The notes beneath the pieces are model-generated. The model was not told the DNA's origin, made no database searches, and saw only the letters and a list, made by a program, of their open reading frames with translations. A DNA stretch of 63,733 nucleotides, filler included, from Octopus bimaculoides (lineage: Eukaryota): the NCBI RefSeq assembly GCF_001194135.2. It is 5 parts of 5 records of this genome, joined end to end, with 100 filler letters (N's around TTAATTAATTAA, not from the genome) between each part and the next. Parts side by side here need not be neighbours in the genome. Positions count along the whole stretch, not along the records: positions 1 to 28,752 come from NC_068987.1; positions 28,853 to 41,276 come from NC_068984.1; 3 more parts are not named here. One strand, 5' to 3'. Positions 25,134 to 37,365 of the stretch are shown here, piece by piece. A program made the position numbers and the translations under genes. Within the stretch, counting starts at the first letter, position 1. Every line of letters begins with the position of its first letter.

Positions 25134-25462
25134 TCTTCAGATTGATTTGAATTTTATTTGATCTTCCGACCGGGTCTCAACCAGAGACCTAAGGTACGTG
25201 TATATATTAGACGGAGAGAGAATTCCTGAGAATGTGAGCGGTTGATAATCAACACAATTTTTCGAGTCTCGTAGATCGTTGGTTTCTCAGGGATCTGATC
25301 AAAATATTTGTCCCCACCTTTCTGGATCATTCCCAGGGCACCTTCAACAACAAGGATGGTTTTAATTGCCAAGTCCTAGACATCTTAATTTCAAGGTCCT
25401 TATATTCCGACAGTTTTTCAAATTCCTTTGCTGAGATGTTTCTGTCTTCGGTTTTGATGAAG
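25134..25462 (-). mobile_element. R4/Dong-like 3' end (RLE C-terminus plus 3'UTR)
   Basis: EDRNISAKEFEKLSEYKDLEIKMSRTW..., VVEGALGMIQKG.... (TTA)n lies on both sides. Confidence 0.85.
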
Positions 25463-25518
<56 letters not shown>

Positions 25519-25528
25519 CATTATTATT

Positions 25529-25712
25529 GTCTTTGCACAGCTTCTAAGACTGGATATGTACTAAGGTGTCAGCTGTCCACTACCAGTGAAATAAGATAAC
25601 AGCCCTTATTTTTCGAGCACCTTCCGGAGTATTCGAGCGGTTCCAAGCAGTGCTGTTTTCTGCAAATGCTCCACCCTTATTGCAACCCCTATTTGTTCCA
25701 CGTACTTCTCGA
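25529..25712 (-). mobile_element. R4/Dong-like 3' end (same subfamily as 4825-4986)
   Basis: LQKTALLGTARILRKVLEK* plus a 3'UTR ending ...GCTGTGCAAAGAC(AAT)n. Confidence 0.85.
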
Positions 25713-26369
25713 GATTTTTGCTGTTGTTGTTGTTGTTGTTGTTGTTATATTACTAGCAACAGTAGCATCTGCTGATGGTGACGAAGGGAAGAAAAGTACT
25801 TAATACCGGAATTGGAATAGAAATAGTATACAATTGTATTTCCCTAATCAGAATTATTGGCGGAAGAACATTCGAGCATATTATGACTGATGGAGCTATT
25901 AGTTTTATATAATGTGAATCAAGCTGACTGAACCCCCCACACACACATATATATATATATTATGTAAGTGGGTATATAATGTAGGTGGGTATAATTCAAG
26001 CTGTGTACCCTTGAATCACATCTATTTCAGTATTAAGACTCACTACGTAATTCTTCCCGTTGTTGTTTTGATGTGAGGTACACATTAGAGTTGAACGTTC
26101 CGGAAATATTGTTTACAAAATTATTATATAACAAAACAGGATATTGTAAAATAGATTGGTATTGTTAATTCATCATTATACATGTTTCATTTGCTAATAC
26201 ATGTTTCATTTGCTAATCGCGAAACCGTACATGCTGGAGAAACATGCGAGAAATCTCCTAATAGAAATTCTTCAGACAGCGAATCAGATAATTGTTTGAT
26301 TCTCTGTCTGAAGAAAGTCTAATAGAAAATTTCTTACCTTGGGTTTTAATGTACAAAATATATATACAT

Positions 26370-26770
26370 GTAGGTGCAGGAGTGGCTGTGTGGTAAGTAG
26401 CTTGCTTACAAACCACATGGTCCCGGGTTCAGTCCCACTGCGTGGCATCTTGGGCAAGTGTCTTCTACTATAGCCTCGGGCCGACCAAAGCCTTGTGAGT
26501 GGATTTGGTAGACGGAAACTGAAAGAAGCCCGTCGTATATATATATATATATGTGTATGTGTGTGTGTCTGTGTTTGTCCCCCCACCATCGCTTGACAAC
26601 CGATGGTGGTGTGTTTACGTCCCCGTCACCTAGCGGTTCGGCAAAAGAGACCGATAGAATAAGTACCAGGCTTCCAAAGAATAAGTCCTGGGGTCGATTT
26701 GCTCGACTAAAGGCGGTGCTCCAGCATGGCCGCAGTCAAATGACTGAAACAAGTAAAAGAGTAAAAGAGT
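26370..26770 (+). mobile_element. SINE family A, full length, with an internal (TA)n(TG)n microsatellite
   Basis: A-box-like GTGGCTGTGTGG, B-box GGTTCAGTCCC, CTTGGGCAAGTG, a microsatellite at ~26536-26570, then a 3' module ending GTAAAAGAGTAAAAGAG. Confidence 0.9.
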
Positions 26771-26824
26771 AATGTATACATATAAGAGAAGGCAGGCTTA
26801 AATTTTCAGATTAAGAATCAAGTA

Positions 26825-26886
<62 letters not shown>

Positions 26887-27029
26887 CTAAATTAATTATT
26901 GGAGAAATACACCAGTTACCGATTTAGGCTGGAGAAGTCGGCATATTTCTAGAGGAAGGCGTTCAAAACGGACTTTTTAAACGGTCATCACCAAGTTCGG
27001 AAACTGGCATAGCGTTCAATCTTGAAATT

Positions 27030-27600
27030 TGGCAGGTCAGGTCAGGTCAGATATGGACGCATGTGCCGTTGCAGCGCGTAGCTGCATTCACCATTTGTCG
27101 GGTATATTCCTGGATCCTCCCGGGTGGCCCGTCCAGCAGAGTCCTAGCCGATCCCCACCTCGGCCAGATGCATCCTCATCTCACATGATCATGTGGCATG
27201 TGGCCGAGCAACACGAACCGTCAATCCATCCAGATCTGAATAGGCTCTCCCAAATCATGCAAGTCTGTCACTAGACCCTTCAATAACTTCCGAATGTATA
27301 TTACTACATTTTTATGATGTTTTCGTTCCAGGGAATGACGCCTCATTTGTAACCTCTTACATTGACTCACGTTACAGTGAGACAATCTGTGTTAAGAGTT
27401 TTCTAATGCTTCAAGTTCCGTCATTAGTTTGATATCGTATGACAACCATAATTGAGACAATAGTCCGGACAACTAAGAAGAAATTACTTTTATAGATGAA
27501 ACAACATGGGTTCCTGTTTCATTGTACTGACTAGTCTTATAATCCAGCCAGTCAGTCGTCTGCTCGGAGCAGAATTTCAGATAAAGTTAAGGGTGGTTTT
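27030..27600 (-). mobile_element. Decayed RTE-type LINE 3' end with a (TGACC)n tail
   Basis: LLGHM...RTLLDG remnant, then TCTGACCTGACCTGACC at the 3' terminus. Confidence 0.4.
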
Positions 27601-28164
27601 TGGCGAGAGTTGAGAGAGCTAGCTATTAGATATGGCTGAAAAGGAATAATGAAACTTGACTGAAGAGGTGACGTGTGGGTGTGAGGCAGGTTCCTGGTTG
27701 TGGCAAGTTGGTGCAACATGACTCCACAATTTGAATGGTGCTGATGATACCGAAGTGGACTTCAGATCGAATCAGTCAATCCAGGCGGCGGGGGCATCAC
27801 ATCAATGAGGAGATTTGCGCTGCATTGTAAAGTTGTCGAGAGGAAAACTCCGAAACGATGCATGCTCTCTCCTGATGACACTTGAAAGCGACTGGCATCC
27901 AGTAAGCGGAGTTTCCGACTGGGCGCACTTACACAAGTAAGTGTTTCCAAGTCTTTAATATTTTCTACGCAATCAAAACAAGGAAAAGAACCGGAACAAA
28001 AATTCAAAGGCTAATAGCGGTGTTTGGTGAAAACTTTGTCTTGACTTAATTGTGTTAAACGTAAAGTTGAAAAACCTAAATATACTACGAGGTATGAAAC
28101 CGAAAAAGAATTTTCCAGGTTGCTGGAATGTCCAGCAAATGCCGGACCACTTATTATTATTATT

Positions 28165-28438
28165 GAGTGAGAGAGCAGCGCATGCCATAGATGTGACACT
28201 GGGGTAAAATATACGAAACCCATTATACCCATCATGACTCCCCCACTACTTCTGCTCATAATTACAGATGCACATATCGTCAGCCACCAAGGGACATGCT
28301 CAACTAGTTAAGGTCAAACAACTGACAAGCAAATCTGTGATTTTGAACAGAATATTTGCTGTGGCCCATCTTGTATAACAAGACAAAACATGTACATGAT
28401 GACACTTCCAATCAGTTAAGACTAAAAGCCATGAGAGC
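28165..28438 (-). mobile_element. Element X copy with an internal deletion
   Basis: It matches both ends of 10657-11205, with the middle ~270 bp missing. (TTA)n lies on both sides. Confidence 0.85.
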
Positions 28439-28476
<38 letters not shown>

Positions 28477-28477
28477 G

Positions 28478-28752
28478 TTCAGTAGTTTTATTTTTATAAC
28501 GTGCTTTCACTTCACTACCGAGCGCAGCTCTGTGCGCCTTGGGTATGTGCTGTGGTTTGCTGTGGTGCTCTTATGTTTACTGTATTGAAAGTGTTTTGCG
28601 TAGAATGTGTGCAATACCCAGTAGTGCAATTTTCTGTATGTTATATATATTTGTTAGTCCTGGTGTTTTTGTTATGTATTTGTCTGAATATTTTTTTATT
28701 ATACTTAAGGCACCTACTATGATAGGAATTGTTTCTGTTTTTAGATTCCACA
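28478..28752 (-). mobile_element. R4/Dong-like 3' end, another subfamily
   Basis: WNLKTETIPIIVGALSIIKKYSDKYITKTPGLTNIYNIQKIALLGIAHILRKTLSIQ*. Its 3'UTR recurs at 45337-45438. Confidence 0.85.
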
Positions 28753-28852
28753 NNNNNNNNNNNNNNNNNNNNNNNNNNNNNNNNNNNNNNNNNNNNTTAA
28801 TTAATTAANNNNNNNNNNNNNNNNNNNNNNNNNNNNNNNNNNNNNNNNNNNN
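28753..28852. other. Artificial 100-bp join (44N-TTAATTAATTAA-44N); also at 41277-41376, 45237-45336 and 61301-61400
   Basis: The identical layout occurs four times, and TTAATTAATTAA encodes stops in all six frames. Confidence 0.95.
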
Positions 28853-29093
28853 TACATATATATACGTACATATCTGTGCACATCTATGTATATATACATT
28901 ATATACATGTATATATATATACGTACATATATGTGTGCATCTGTGTATATATAGACTATATATATACATACAGACATATATATTTGCGTGTGTGTATGTG
29001 TGCGTGTATGAGTGTGTGTGTGTGTGTGTTTGTGTGTGAAAGTAAAATGGGACAATGAAGCACATCATTTTACATGTATATAAAGAAAAAGAC

Positions 29094-29131
<38 letters not shown>

Positions 29132-29905
29132 NNNNNNNNNNNNNNNNNNNNNNNNNNNNNNNNNNNNNNNNNNNNNNNNNNNNNNNNNNNNNNNNNNNNN
29201 NNNNNNNNNNNNNNNNNNNNNNNNNNNNNNNNNNNNNNNNNNNNNNNNNNNNNNNNNNNNNNNNNNNNNNNNNNNNNNNNNNNNNNNNNNNNNNNNNNNN
29301 NNNNNNNNNNNNNNNNNNNNNNNNNNNNNNNNNNNNNNNNNNNNNNNNNNNNNNNNNNNNNNNNNNNNNNNNNNNNNNNNNNNNNNNNNNNNNNNNNNNN
29401 NNNNNNNNNNNNNNNNNNNNNNNNNNNNNNNNNNNNNNNNNNNNNNNNNNNNNNNNNNNNNNNNNNNNNNNNNNNNNNNNNNNNNNNNNNNNNNNNNNNN
29501 NNNNNNNNNNNNNNNNNNNNNNNNNNNNNNNNNNNNNNNNNNNNNNNNNNNNNNNNNNNNNNNNNNNNNNNNNNNNNNNNNNNNNNNNNNNNNNNNNNNN
29601 NNNNNNNNNNNNNNNNNNNNNNNNNNNNNNNNNNNNNNNNNNNNNNNNNNNNNNNNNNNNNNNNNNNNNNNNNNNNNNNNNNNNNNNNNNNNNNNNNNNN
29701 NNNNNNNNNNNNNNNNNNNNNNNNNNNNNNNNNNNNNNNNNNNNNNNNNNNNNNNNNNNNNNNNNNNNNNNNNNNNAACATAATTAAGGGATCAGCAAGC
29801 ATTTGCTTCGCCATATACCGAAGTTCAGAAGGGCTTGGTAAAAATTATTAATTGTTGATTTATTAATAAATTAATAAATTGATAAATCTTTACCCTTTTA
29901 ATTTG

Positions 29906-29946
<41 letters not shown>

Positions 29947-30034
29947 TTTATCACCAATTAAATGTGGATATTCTTTTGGAACACAGAATAATGCATTATT
30001 TACTATCTCCCATGTGGACTTGTGGTGCATATAA

Positions 30035-30376
30035 GCAATCGTGTTAATACCGCTAACGGGAGAGAGTTGTCCTCAACCACCTTTGAGCATGCGAACAGTA
30101 AAGGTCGGGCCCATAATAATTGGCGCGTTCGGAACAAAAAGCCAAGGTATAGACAAATGGCTGAAGGAGATTGGAATAGAATGCCCGGTAGAGCTGCTTC
30201 AGAAAGTTTGTTTCTTAGGGACAGCAAGGTTTATCAGGTGTGTTTTAAGCACTTGAAAGACTGCTAAAAACTTCTGGATACCTAAGGTTACAGGTAGTAA
30301 CCAGTTACCCACATAAATCCTACCAGAAATAAGACCATACCTGAGCCAAACGAAAATGATGATAATAATAATAATG
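30035..30376 (+). mobile_element. R4/Dong-like 3' end
   Basis: MRTVKVGPIIIGAFGTKSQGIDKWLKEIGIECPVELLQKVCFLGTARFIRCVLST* plus a 3'UTR and a short TAA tail. Confidence 0.85.
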
Positions 30377-30954
30377 ACGTTTAATCTCATCGTATGCTAA
30401 ACCATTACAACTCCGCTCGCCATCTGTTCGTTATATCGGTATGAGATACCATTGTATCAGATTAATAAATATTTTATGTTCACCTAAAACTATTTTGATC
30501 TGTCATTTTACTAAACTTTTCTTCTATAAACGTGCAGTATCAATAAGTTAAATATTCGTGAGAATTCTGCCATAAATCTTCGAGACTAAGAGGATTTTAA
30601 TAAATGAGTGAAACTACATTAAAATTTTGATTAACTAAAATCATAATTCGTGTTCTCAGTTGATGATTAGTTGCCATATTGCAAGAGTTGACAAAATCAT
30701 TCGCAGCGGGTCTTAAATTATGCAAATCGTGATTAAATGCTTTTACGGTGCAGCTGGAAATTTGGTTATTCCAGGGATTAATGAATTACCCAATACGAAG
30801 GTGAATCAACATATATTACGTAACATACAGAAAATGGATGATTATTATATTAATGCCTATATTATATTTTGGTGTTTGATATTTATAAACCCCGTATTTT
30901 CTTTGTATGTCTAAATTTGCTTTATTCTTATTAATATTTTGGTTTACCTCATGT

Positions 30955-31180
30955 TTGGTTTTAGTCCTGCTAGGTATTGTGTGGGTAGCGGGTTACATGT
31001 AGTAACCCGCTTCCCACTTAGGTATCCACATGTTTTCAGCTATCTTTCAAGTGCTTAGAACCTTCCTGATAATCCTTGCTATCCCGAAGAGACAAACCTT
31101 CTGTAGGAGCTCTACCGAGCATTCTAATCCAATCTCCTTCAGCCATTCCATTAGTCTATATCTTGGCTTACTGTTTCTTC
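30955..31180 (-). mobile_element. R4/Dong-like 3' end (relative of 30035-30376)
   Basis: EWLKEIGLECSVELLQKVCLFGIARIIRKVLST*, with a 3'UTR hairpin at 30981-31016. Confidence 0.85.
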
Positions 31181-31202
31181 TTATTATTATTGCCTGTATA
31201 TA

Positions 31203-32003
31203 TAGGCGCAGGAGTGACTGTGTGGTAAGTAACTTGCTTACTAACCCACTGCGTGGCATCTTCGGCAAGTGTCTTCTACTATAGTCTCGCGCCGACCAAA
31301 GCCTTGTGAGCGGATTTGATAAACGAAAACTGAAAGAAGCCCGTCGTATATATATATATATATATATATNNNNNNNNNNNNNNNNNNNNNNNNNNNNNNN
31401 NNNNNNNNNNNNNNNNNNNNNNNNNNNNNNNNNNNNNNNNNNNNNNNNNNNNNNNNNNNNNNNNNNNNNNNNNNNNNNNNNNNNNNNNNNNNNNNNNNNN
31501 NNNNNNNNNNNNNNNNNNNNNNNNNNNNNNNNNNNNNNNNNNNNNNNNNNNNNNNNNNNNNNNNNNNNNNNNNNNNNNNNNNNNNNNNNNNNNNNNNNNN
31601 NNNNNNNNNNNNNNNNNNNNNNNNNNNNNNNNNNNNNNNNNNNNNNNNNNNNNNNNNNNNNNNNNNNNNNNNNNNNNNNNNNNNNNNNNNNNNNNNNNNN
31701 NNNNNNNNNNNNNNNNNNNNNNNNNNNNNNNNNNNNNNNNNNNNNNNNNNNNNNNNNNNNNNNNNNNNNNNNNNNNNNNNNNNNNNNNNNNNNNNNNNNN
31801 NNNNNNNNNNNNNNNNNNNNNNNNNNNNNNNNNNNNNNNNNNNNNNNNNNNNNNNNNNNNNNNNNNNNNNNNNNNNNNNNNNNNNNNNNNNNNNNNNNNN
31901 NNNNNNNNNNNNNNNNNNNNNNNNNNNNNNNNNNNNNNNNNNNNNNNNNNNNNNNNNNNNNCCGCAGTCAAATGACTGAAACAAGTAAAAGAGAGTAAAA
32001 GAG
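31203..32003 (+). mobile_element. SINE family A spanning an assembly gap
   Basis: The head (31203-31349) runs into (TA)n and then N. The tail CCGCAGTCAAATGACTGAAAC resumes at 31962. Confidence 0.8.
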
Positions 32004-32112
32004 AGATATCTATCCATTTATCCATTTCTTTTATTTATCTAAGTTTATTCTCTCTGTCTATCTATCTACCTCTTTATCTATCTCTCCGACTCTCTGTCTC
32101 TCTATCACTGTC

Positions 32113-32218
32113 TATTCTTCTTCTTCTTCTTCTTTTTCTTCTTCTTCTTCTTCTTCTTCTTCTTCTTCTTCTTCTTCTTCTTCTTCTTCTTCTTCTTCTT
32201 CTTCTTCTTCTTCTTCTT

Positions 32219-32277
<59 letters not shown>

Positions 32278-32299
32278 TATTATTATTATTATTATTATT
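32113..32299. repeat. (TTC)n then (TTA)n microsatellite
   Basis: Direct reading of the sequence. Confidence 0.95.
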
Positions 32300-32525
32300 G
32301 AGTGAGAGAGCAGTGCATGCCATCAAAGTGACACTGGGGTAAAATATACGAAGCCCAATATACCCATCATGACTCCCCATCTGATAAGGGTACACCGGAC
32401 ACATGCATCACAACCATATGTGCGCGACATGGTAATCTCATATTAAGATAGAGAGCGTGTTCCTTGCAGGTGAGACCCAGTTACAATTTTCTTCAGGTCG
32501 AGTAGCCCATCCCGCTCAAAAGGTC
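32300..32525 (-). mobile_element. Element X, 3' part (cut by a gap)
   Basis: GAGTGAGAGAGCAGTGCATGCCATCAAAGTGACACTGGGG... follows (TTA)n. Confidence 0.85.
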
Positions 32526-32823
32526 NNNNNNNNNNNNNNNNNNNNNNNNNNNNNNNNNNNNNNNNNNNNNNNNNNNNNNNNNNNNNNNNNNNNNNNNNNN
32601 NNNNNNNNNNNNNNNNNNNNNNNNNTATGTATGTATGTATGTGTGTATGTATGTATGTATATATGTATGTATATAATTGTATGTAAGTACGTACGTATGT
32701 ATCTATCTGTTTGTCTGTCTGTCTATCTGTTTGCTTGCCATTTGTGTCTGTCTGTTTGTATATCCATCTTTCTTTTTATCTGTGTTTATTCTCATTCACT
32801 CTCTATCTATCTATCTATCTATC

Positions 32824-32883
<60 letters not shown>

Positions 32884-33479
32884 NNNNNNNNNNNNNNNNN
32901 NNNNNNNNNNNNNNNNNNNNNNNNNNNNNNNNNNNNNNNNNNNNNNNNNNNNNNNNNNNNNNNNNNNNNNNNNNNNNNNNNNNNNNNNNNNNNNNNNNNN
33001 NNNNNNNNNNNNNNNNNNNNNNNNNNNNNNNNNNNNNNNNNNNNNNNNNNNNNNNNNNNNNNNNNNNNNNNNNNNNNNNNNNNNNNNNNNNNNNNNNNNN
33101 NNNNNNNNNNNNNNNNNNNNNNNNNNNNNNNNNNNNNNNNNNNNNNNNNNNNNNNNNNNNNNNNNNNNNNNNNNNNNNNNNNNNNNNNNNNNNNNNNNNN
33201 NNNNNNNNNNNNNNNNNNNNNNNNNNNNNNNNNNNNNNNNNNNNNNNNNNNNNNNNNTGGTGGTGGTGGTGGTGGTGTCAGTTATTACTAGTCTTGATAT
33301 AGATGCTATCATAATTATTGTTGCCGCTGCTTCTTCTGTTGGTGGTGATGGGGATTATACTGTTGTTGTTGTTGCTATTGTGCATGGTGACATTGTTGTT
33401 GTTGTTGTTTTCAGTGATAATGGTTACAAAGACGACGACATCTGTAGTACATTTCCAGCATTAGAAGCTGTACAAAGGC

Positions 33480-33541
<62 letters not shown>

Positions 33542-33543
<2 letters not shown>

Positions 33544-33720
33544 GCATCGAAAAATACCTTAGGAATGAGAACCCAGGTTCGAAATTTCCCCAAGACACCT
33601 GATGAAGGCTGGAGGGTATATCAGCCGAAACGTTGTGTTAATAACAAACAAGGTGAGCACAAATATCCGTCAAATGTAAATAATGTAAATATTGTAAATA
33701 ATTTCTCATCTCTTAAATAT
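33542..33720 (+). mobile_element. Short (TAA)n-associated repeat carrying a minimal hammerhead
   Basis: Copies lie at 1414-1469 and 45527-45680. It ends in tandem AATGTAAAT units. Confidence 0.8.
33594..33639 (+). ncRNA. Minimal type I hammerhead ribozyme motif (Penelope-type, palindromic stem III)
   Basis: GACAC-CTGATGA-A-GGCTG-GAGGGTATAT-CAGCC-GAAAC-GTT^GTGTT, with a 5-bp stem I (one G.U), a 5-bp stem II and an AACGTT palindrome. Confidence 0.7.
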
Positions 33721-33959
33721 AGAACTTATCTGTACAGGTGTCTCATCAAAGAATTGCAGAGTCTTCATCTGTTCTTTATAACAGGAGAGTCCACATCGTA
33801 AAAATACAATCCGTAGTACATTATATTAAATATGATTCTGAGTTTTAGCATTGCTTAGCTTTCGTTTCAGGTAAATTTAGGGTAGTTCTATGGTTTCACA
33901 CACTTGATGCGATTTCCGCGCATCATAAATGGCCGAAACACTCTGGCATCTCTTCTAAT

Positions 33960-34180
33960 TGGGGAGCTGGCAGAAAGGGTAGCCCACGGGGCGAAATGCT
34001 TAGCAGGATTTCGTCCGTGGCTACGTTCTGGGTTCAAATTCCGCCGAGGTCGACTTTGCCTTTCATCATTTCGGGGGAGGGGGGTTGATAAATTAAGTAC
34101 CAGTTGCGTGCTGGAGTCGATGTAATCGACAGCCCCCCCCCCCCAAGGATTTCGGGGCTTGTGCCTAGAGTAGAAAGGAT
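33960..34180 (+). mobile_element. SINE family B copy
   Basis: GAGCTGGCAGAA...GGGTTCAAATTCCGCCGAGGTCGACTTTGCCTTTCATC. Confidence 0.85.
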
Positions 34181-34496
34181 TGTTGCTGTTGCTGCAGTTG
34201 ATGATGATTATTTTTGTAGTTGATATTCTCTATACTGTTGTCGTTGTCGTTGTTGTTGTTGTTGTTGTTGTTGTTGTTGCCGGTTCCGTTGTTGAAAGGC
34301 AATTTAATGATAAGAAGAAGAATGGCCACTCCTAAACATTATGGATTGACTGTTTCTCTTTCTATAGCTGTTGAAGCAGCAGCTGTTGTTATTATTGTTG
34401 TTAAGCCCCTGCTAGATCTTCAAGAAACAGACGTGTGCGCTAAAGACGTTCCAACCGTGATCGCCTTGTCGTCAATAAGATTGATGATTATCAAAG

Positions 34497-34710
34497 GCGG
34501 TGAGCTGGCAGAAACGTTAGCACGCTGGGCGAAATGCTTAGCGGTATTTCGTCTGTATTTACGTTCTGAGTTCAAATTCCGCCGAGGTCGACTTTACTTT
34601 TCATCCCTTCGGGTCGATAAATTAAGTACCAGTTGCGTACTGGGGTCGATCTAATCGACTGGTCCCCCTTTCCATAAATTTCGGGCCTTGTGCCTAGAGT
34701 AGAAAAGAAT
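34497..34710 (+). mobile_element. SINE family B, full length
   Basis: GGCGGTGAGCTGGCAGAAACGTTAGC...GAGTTCAAATTCC...TGTGCCTAGAGTAGAAAAGAAT. Confidence 0.9.
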
Positions 34711-35263
34711 ATCGATAATTATCTTTGAAATGGTGTAGTGTTGTTATTGTTGACGGGGAAAATGAATTTTAACGATGTTGTTGCCGTTGTTGTTATTGTA
34801 GCTCTTTTGTTTTGTTTTTTACTATCGTTTTTATGCTTAGCTGTTGTTGTTACTCTTCTTCTTCTTCTTCTTCTTCTTCTTCTTCTTCTTTGTAACGATG
34901 AAGTTGATGCCGTATTATCAGTGCAATTGGCAATTAGCGGTATGAATGGTTACCGTGAGTGGTGGTGGTGGTGGTGGTGGTGATGGTGGCGGTGGTGTCA
35001 GTGGCGGTGGCGGCGGCAGCNNNNNNNNNNNNNNNNNNNNNNNNNNNNNNNNNNNNNNNNNNNNNNNNNNNNNNNNNNNNNNNNNNNNNNNNNNNNNNNN
35101 NNNNNNNNNNNNNNNNNNNNNNNNNNNNNNNNNNNNNNNNNNNNNNNNNNNTGGTGGTGGTGGTGGTGGTGGTAATATTTATAGTGTTGAAGTTTGTAAG
35201 TCTAATCTCGTTAGAAGGTATTAAAGATTTTGTTTGGATTTAAGTACACACGCACGTAATGAT

Positions 35264-35300
<37 letters not shown>

Positions 35301-35492
35301 AATATACACAAACACATACTCACTGGTTTTGCAGGTTACTGATAGAGAGATGATTAAATTTTTGTAGACATCATGCTGAGGCCTTATTGCATATGCCTTC
35401 ATTCACGTAACTCAGAGAGCTACCAAAGCCGCATAGAGTTACATGTGTGAGTGTGTGTGTGTGTATGTGCTTGTCTACGTATGTGTGTGTTA

Positions 35493-35523
<31 letters not shown>

Positions 35524-35638
35524 TTGTTTGTGTGTGTGTGTGTGTTTGTTTGTGTGTGTTTGTGTGTGTATGTGTCTGTGTGTTGATCTGAAGAAACTTA
35601 TAAAACTGACTGAAGGGCCGGGACTATTATGCAGATCA

Positions 35639-35705
<67 letters not shown>

Positions 35706-36027
35706 NNNNNNNNNNNNNNNNNNNNNNNNNNNNNNNNNNNNNNNNNNNNNNNNNNNNNNNNNNNNNNNNNNNNNNNNNNNNNNNNNNNNNNNNNNNNNNN
35801 NNNNNNNNNNNNNNNNNNNNNNNNNNNNNNNNNNNNNNNNNNNNNNNNNNNNNNNNNNNNNNNNNNNNNNNNNNNNNNNNNNNNNNNNNNNNNNNNNNNN
35901 NNNNNNNNNNNNNNNNNNNNNNNNNNNNNNNNNNNNNNNNNNNNNNNNNNNNNNNNNNNNNNNNNNNNNNNNNNNNNNNNNNNNNNNNNNNNNNNNNNNN
36001 NNNNNNNNNNNNNNNNNNNNNNNNNNN

Positions 36028-36381
36028 CTTTAACCAGTTGAGCATGTCCCTTGGTGGTTGACGATATGTACATCTCTGATCACGTGCAGAAGTAATGGGA
36101 GAGCTTCATAGCCATGTGTTGAGAGGAATTCTTTGGGGTTTGAATAATTCACCTTTGGAAACATGGGTGTTTTGTTGAACATCCTTAAACAAACCTAATT
36201 CAGGGACCTTTTGAGCGGGATGGGCTACTCGACCTGAAGAAAATTCTAATTGGGCCCCACTTGCAAGGTCATGCGCTGTTTATCTTGATATGAGATCACC
36301 ATGTTGCACACATATGGTTGTGATGCATGTGCCTGGTGTACCCTTATCAGACGGGTAGTCACGATGAGTATATTGGGCTTC
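36028..36381 (+). mobile_element. Element X, internal part
   Basis: Reverse complement of ~10710-11065. (TAA)n lies upstream across the gap (35642-35705). Confidence 0.85.
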
Positions 36382-37333
36382 TTCCTACATCTCGATACTT
36401 GGGTCTTATATTTATAATTATATACATCTCTGTGTGTGTGTGCGCGTGCGTGTGTGTGTGTGTGTGTGTGTGCGTGTGTGTGTGTGTGTGTGTGCACGTA
36501 CGTGTTAGAGAGAATCTGTGTTTATATCCCCGTACCTTAGCATTCGGCAAAAGACAACGATAGAATAAGTACTAGGTTTTAGAACAATCAGTATTGAAGG
36601 CGATTCATACGACCAAAATTCTTCAGAATGGTCGCAGTCTAATGACTGATGGAAGTAAAAGAGAAACGGTTAAAAGATGCAGCAAGACACAAATCAATAA
36701 CACCAGAAGATGGTCTTCAGGAACGACGTAAGAAATTAATTGCCAACAGCTGAAGATCGAAGACAAATGTCAGGAGAATGATGTGCTGGAGGCCGAAGGA
36801 ACATGGAACTTTTGGTGAAAAACAGATACGGTGAACGTTTTCCATAGGGTAAATTACTGAGAACGGTAAGCGAATTCAGTATAAAAGGAAATAGTCAATA
36901 ATAGAATTGGTTTGATAGGTGAGAGAAGGTAAGCTACAACCTAGGTAAAAGCAGCGAATTTAATATTGCAAAGTATAAGACATTGCAGAGTGTAAAACAG
37001 CGTAGCAGAATATCAAACAAGTTTTAAGAAATGTTTTGCGTATTATGTTTTGATTTGGAAACTGAACTTGTCGAAGAATTGGTGTTGTAATGTTAGATTT
37101 GTGTGCGTACGTATGCATGCATGTATGGATGGATGGATGGATGCATGTATGTATACACACACACACTCACATACATACACATATATACAGACTCACACAC
37201 AAACACATACATACACGTAAATACATATACATTCATGTATATGCACATATACACATATATACACATGTGTATACATGTATGTATGTATTTGTATGTGCGT
37301 AAGTATGCATGTACGTACGCATGTATGTGTGTG

Positions 37334-37365
<32 letters not shown>

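Noticed and set aside
27842-27920. GAAAC...CTGATGA inside a GGAAACTCCG/CGGAGTTTCC hairpin
   Set aside because: Core spacing and pairing do not fit a hammerhead.
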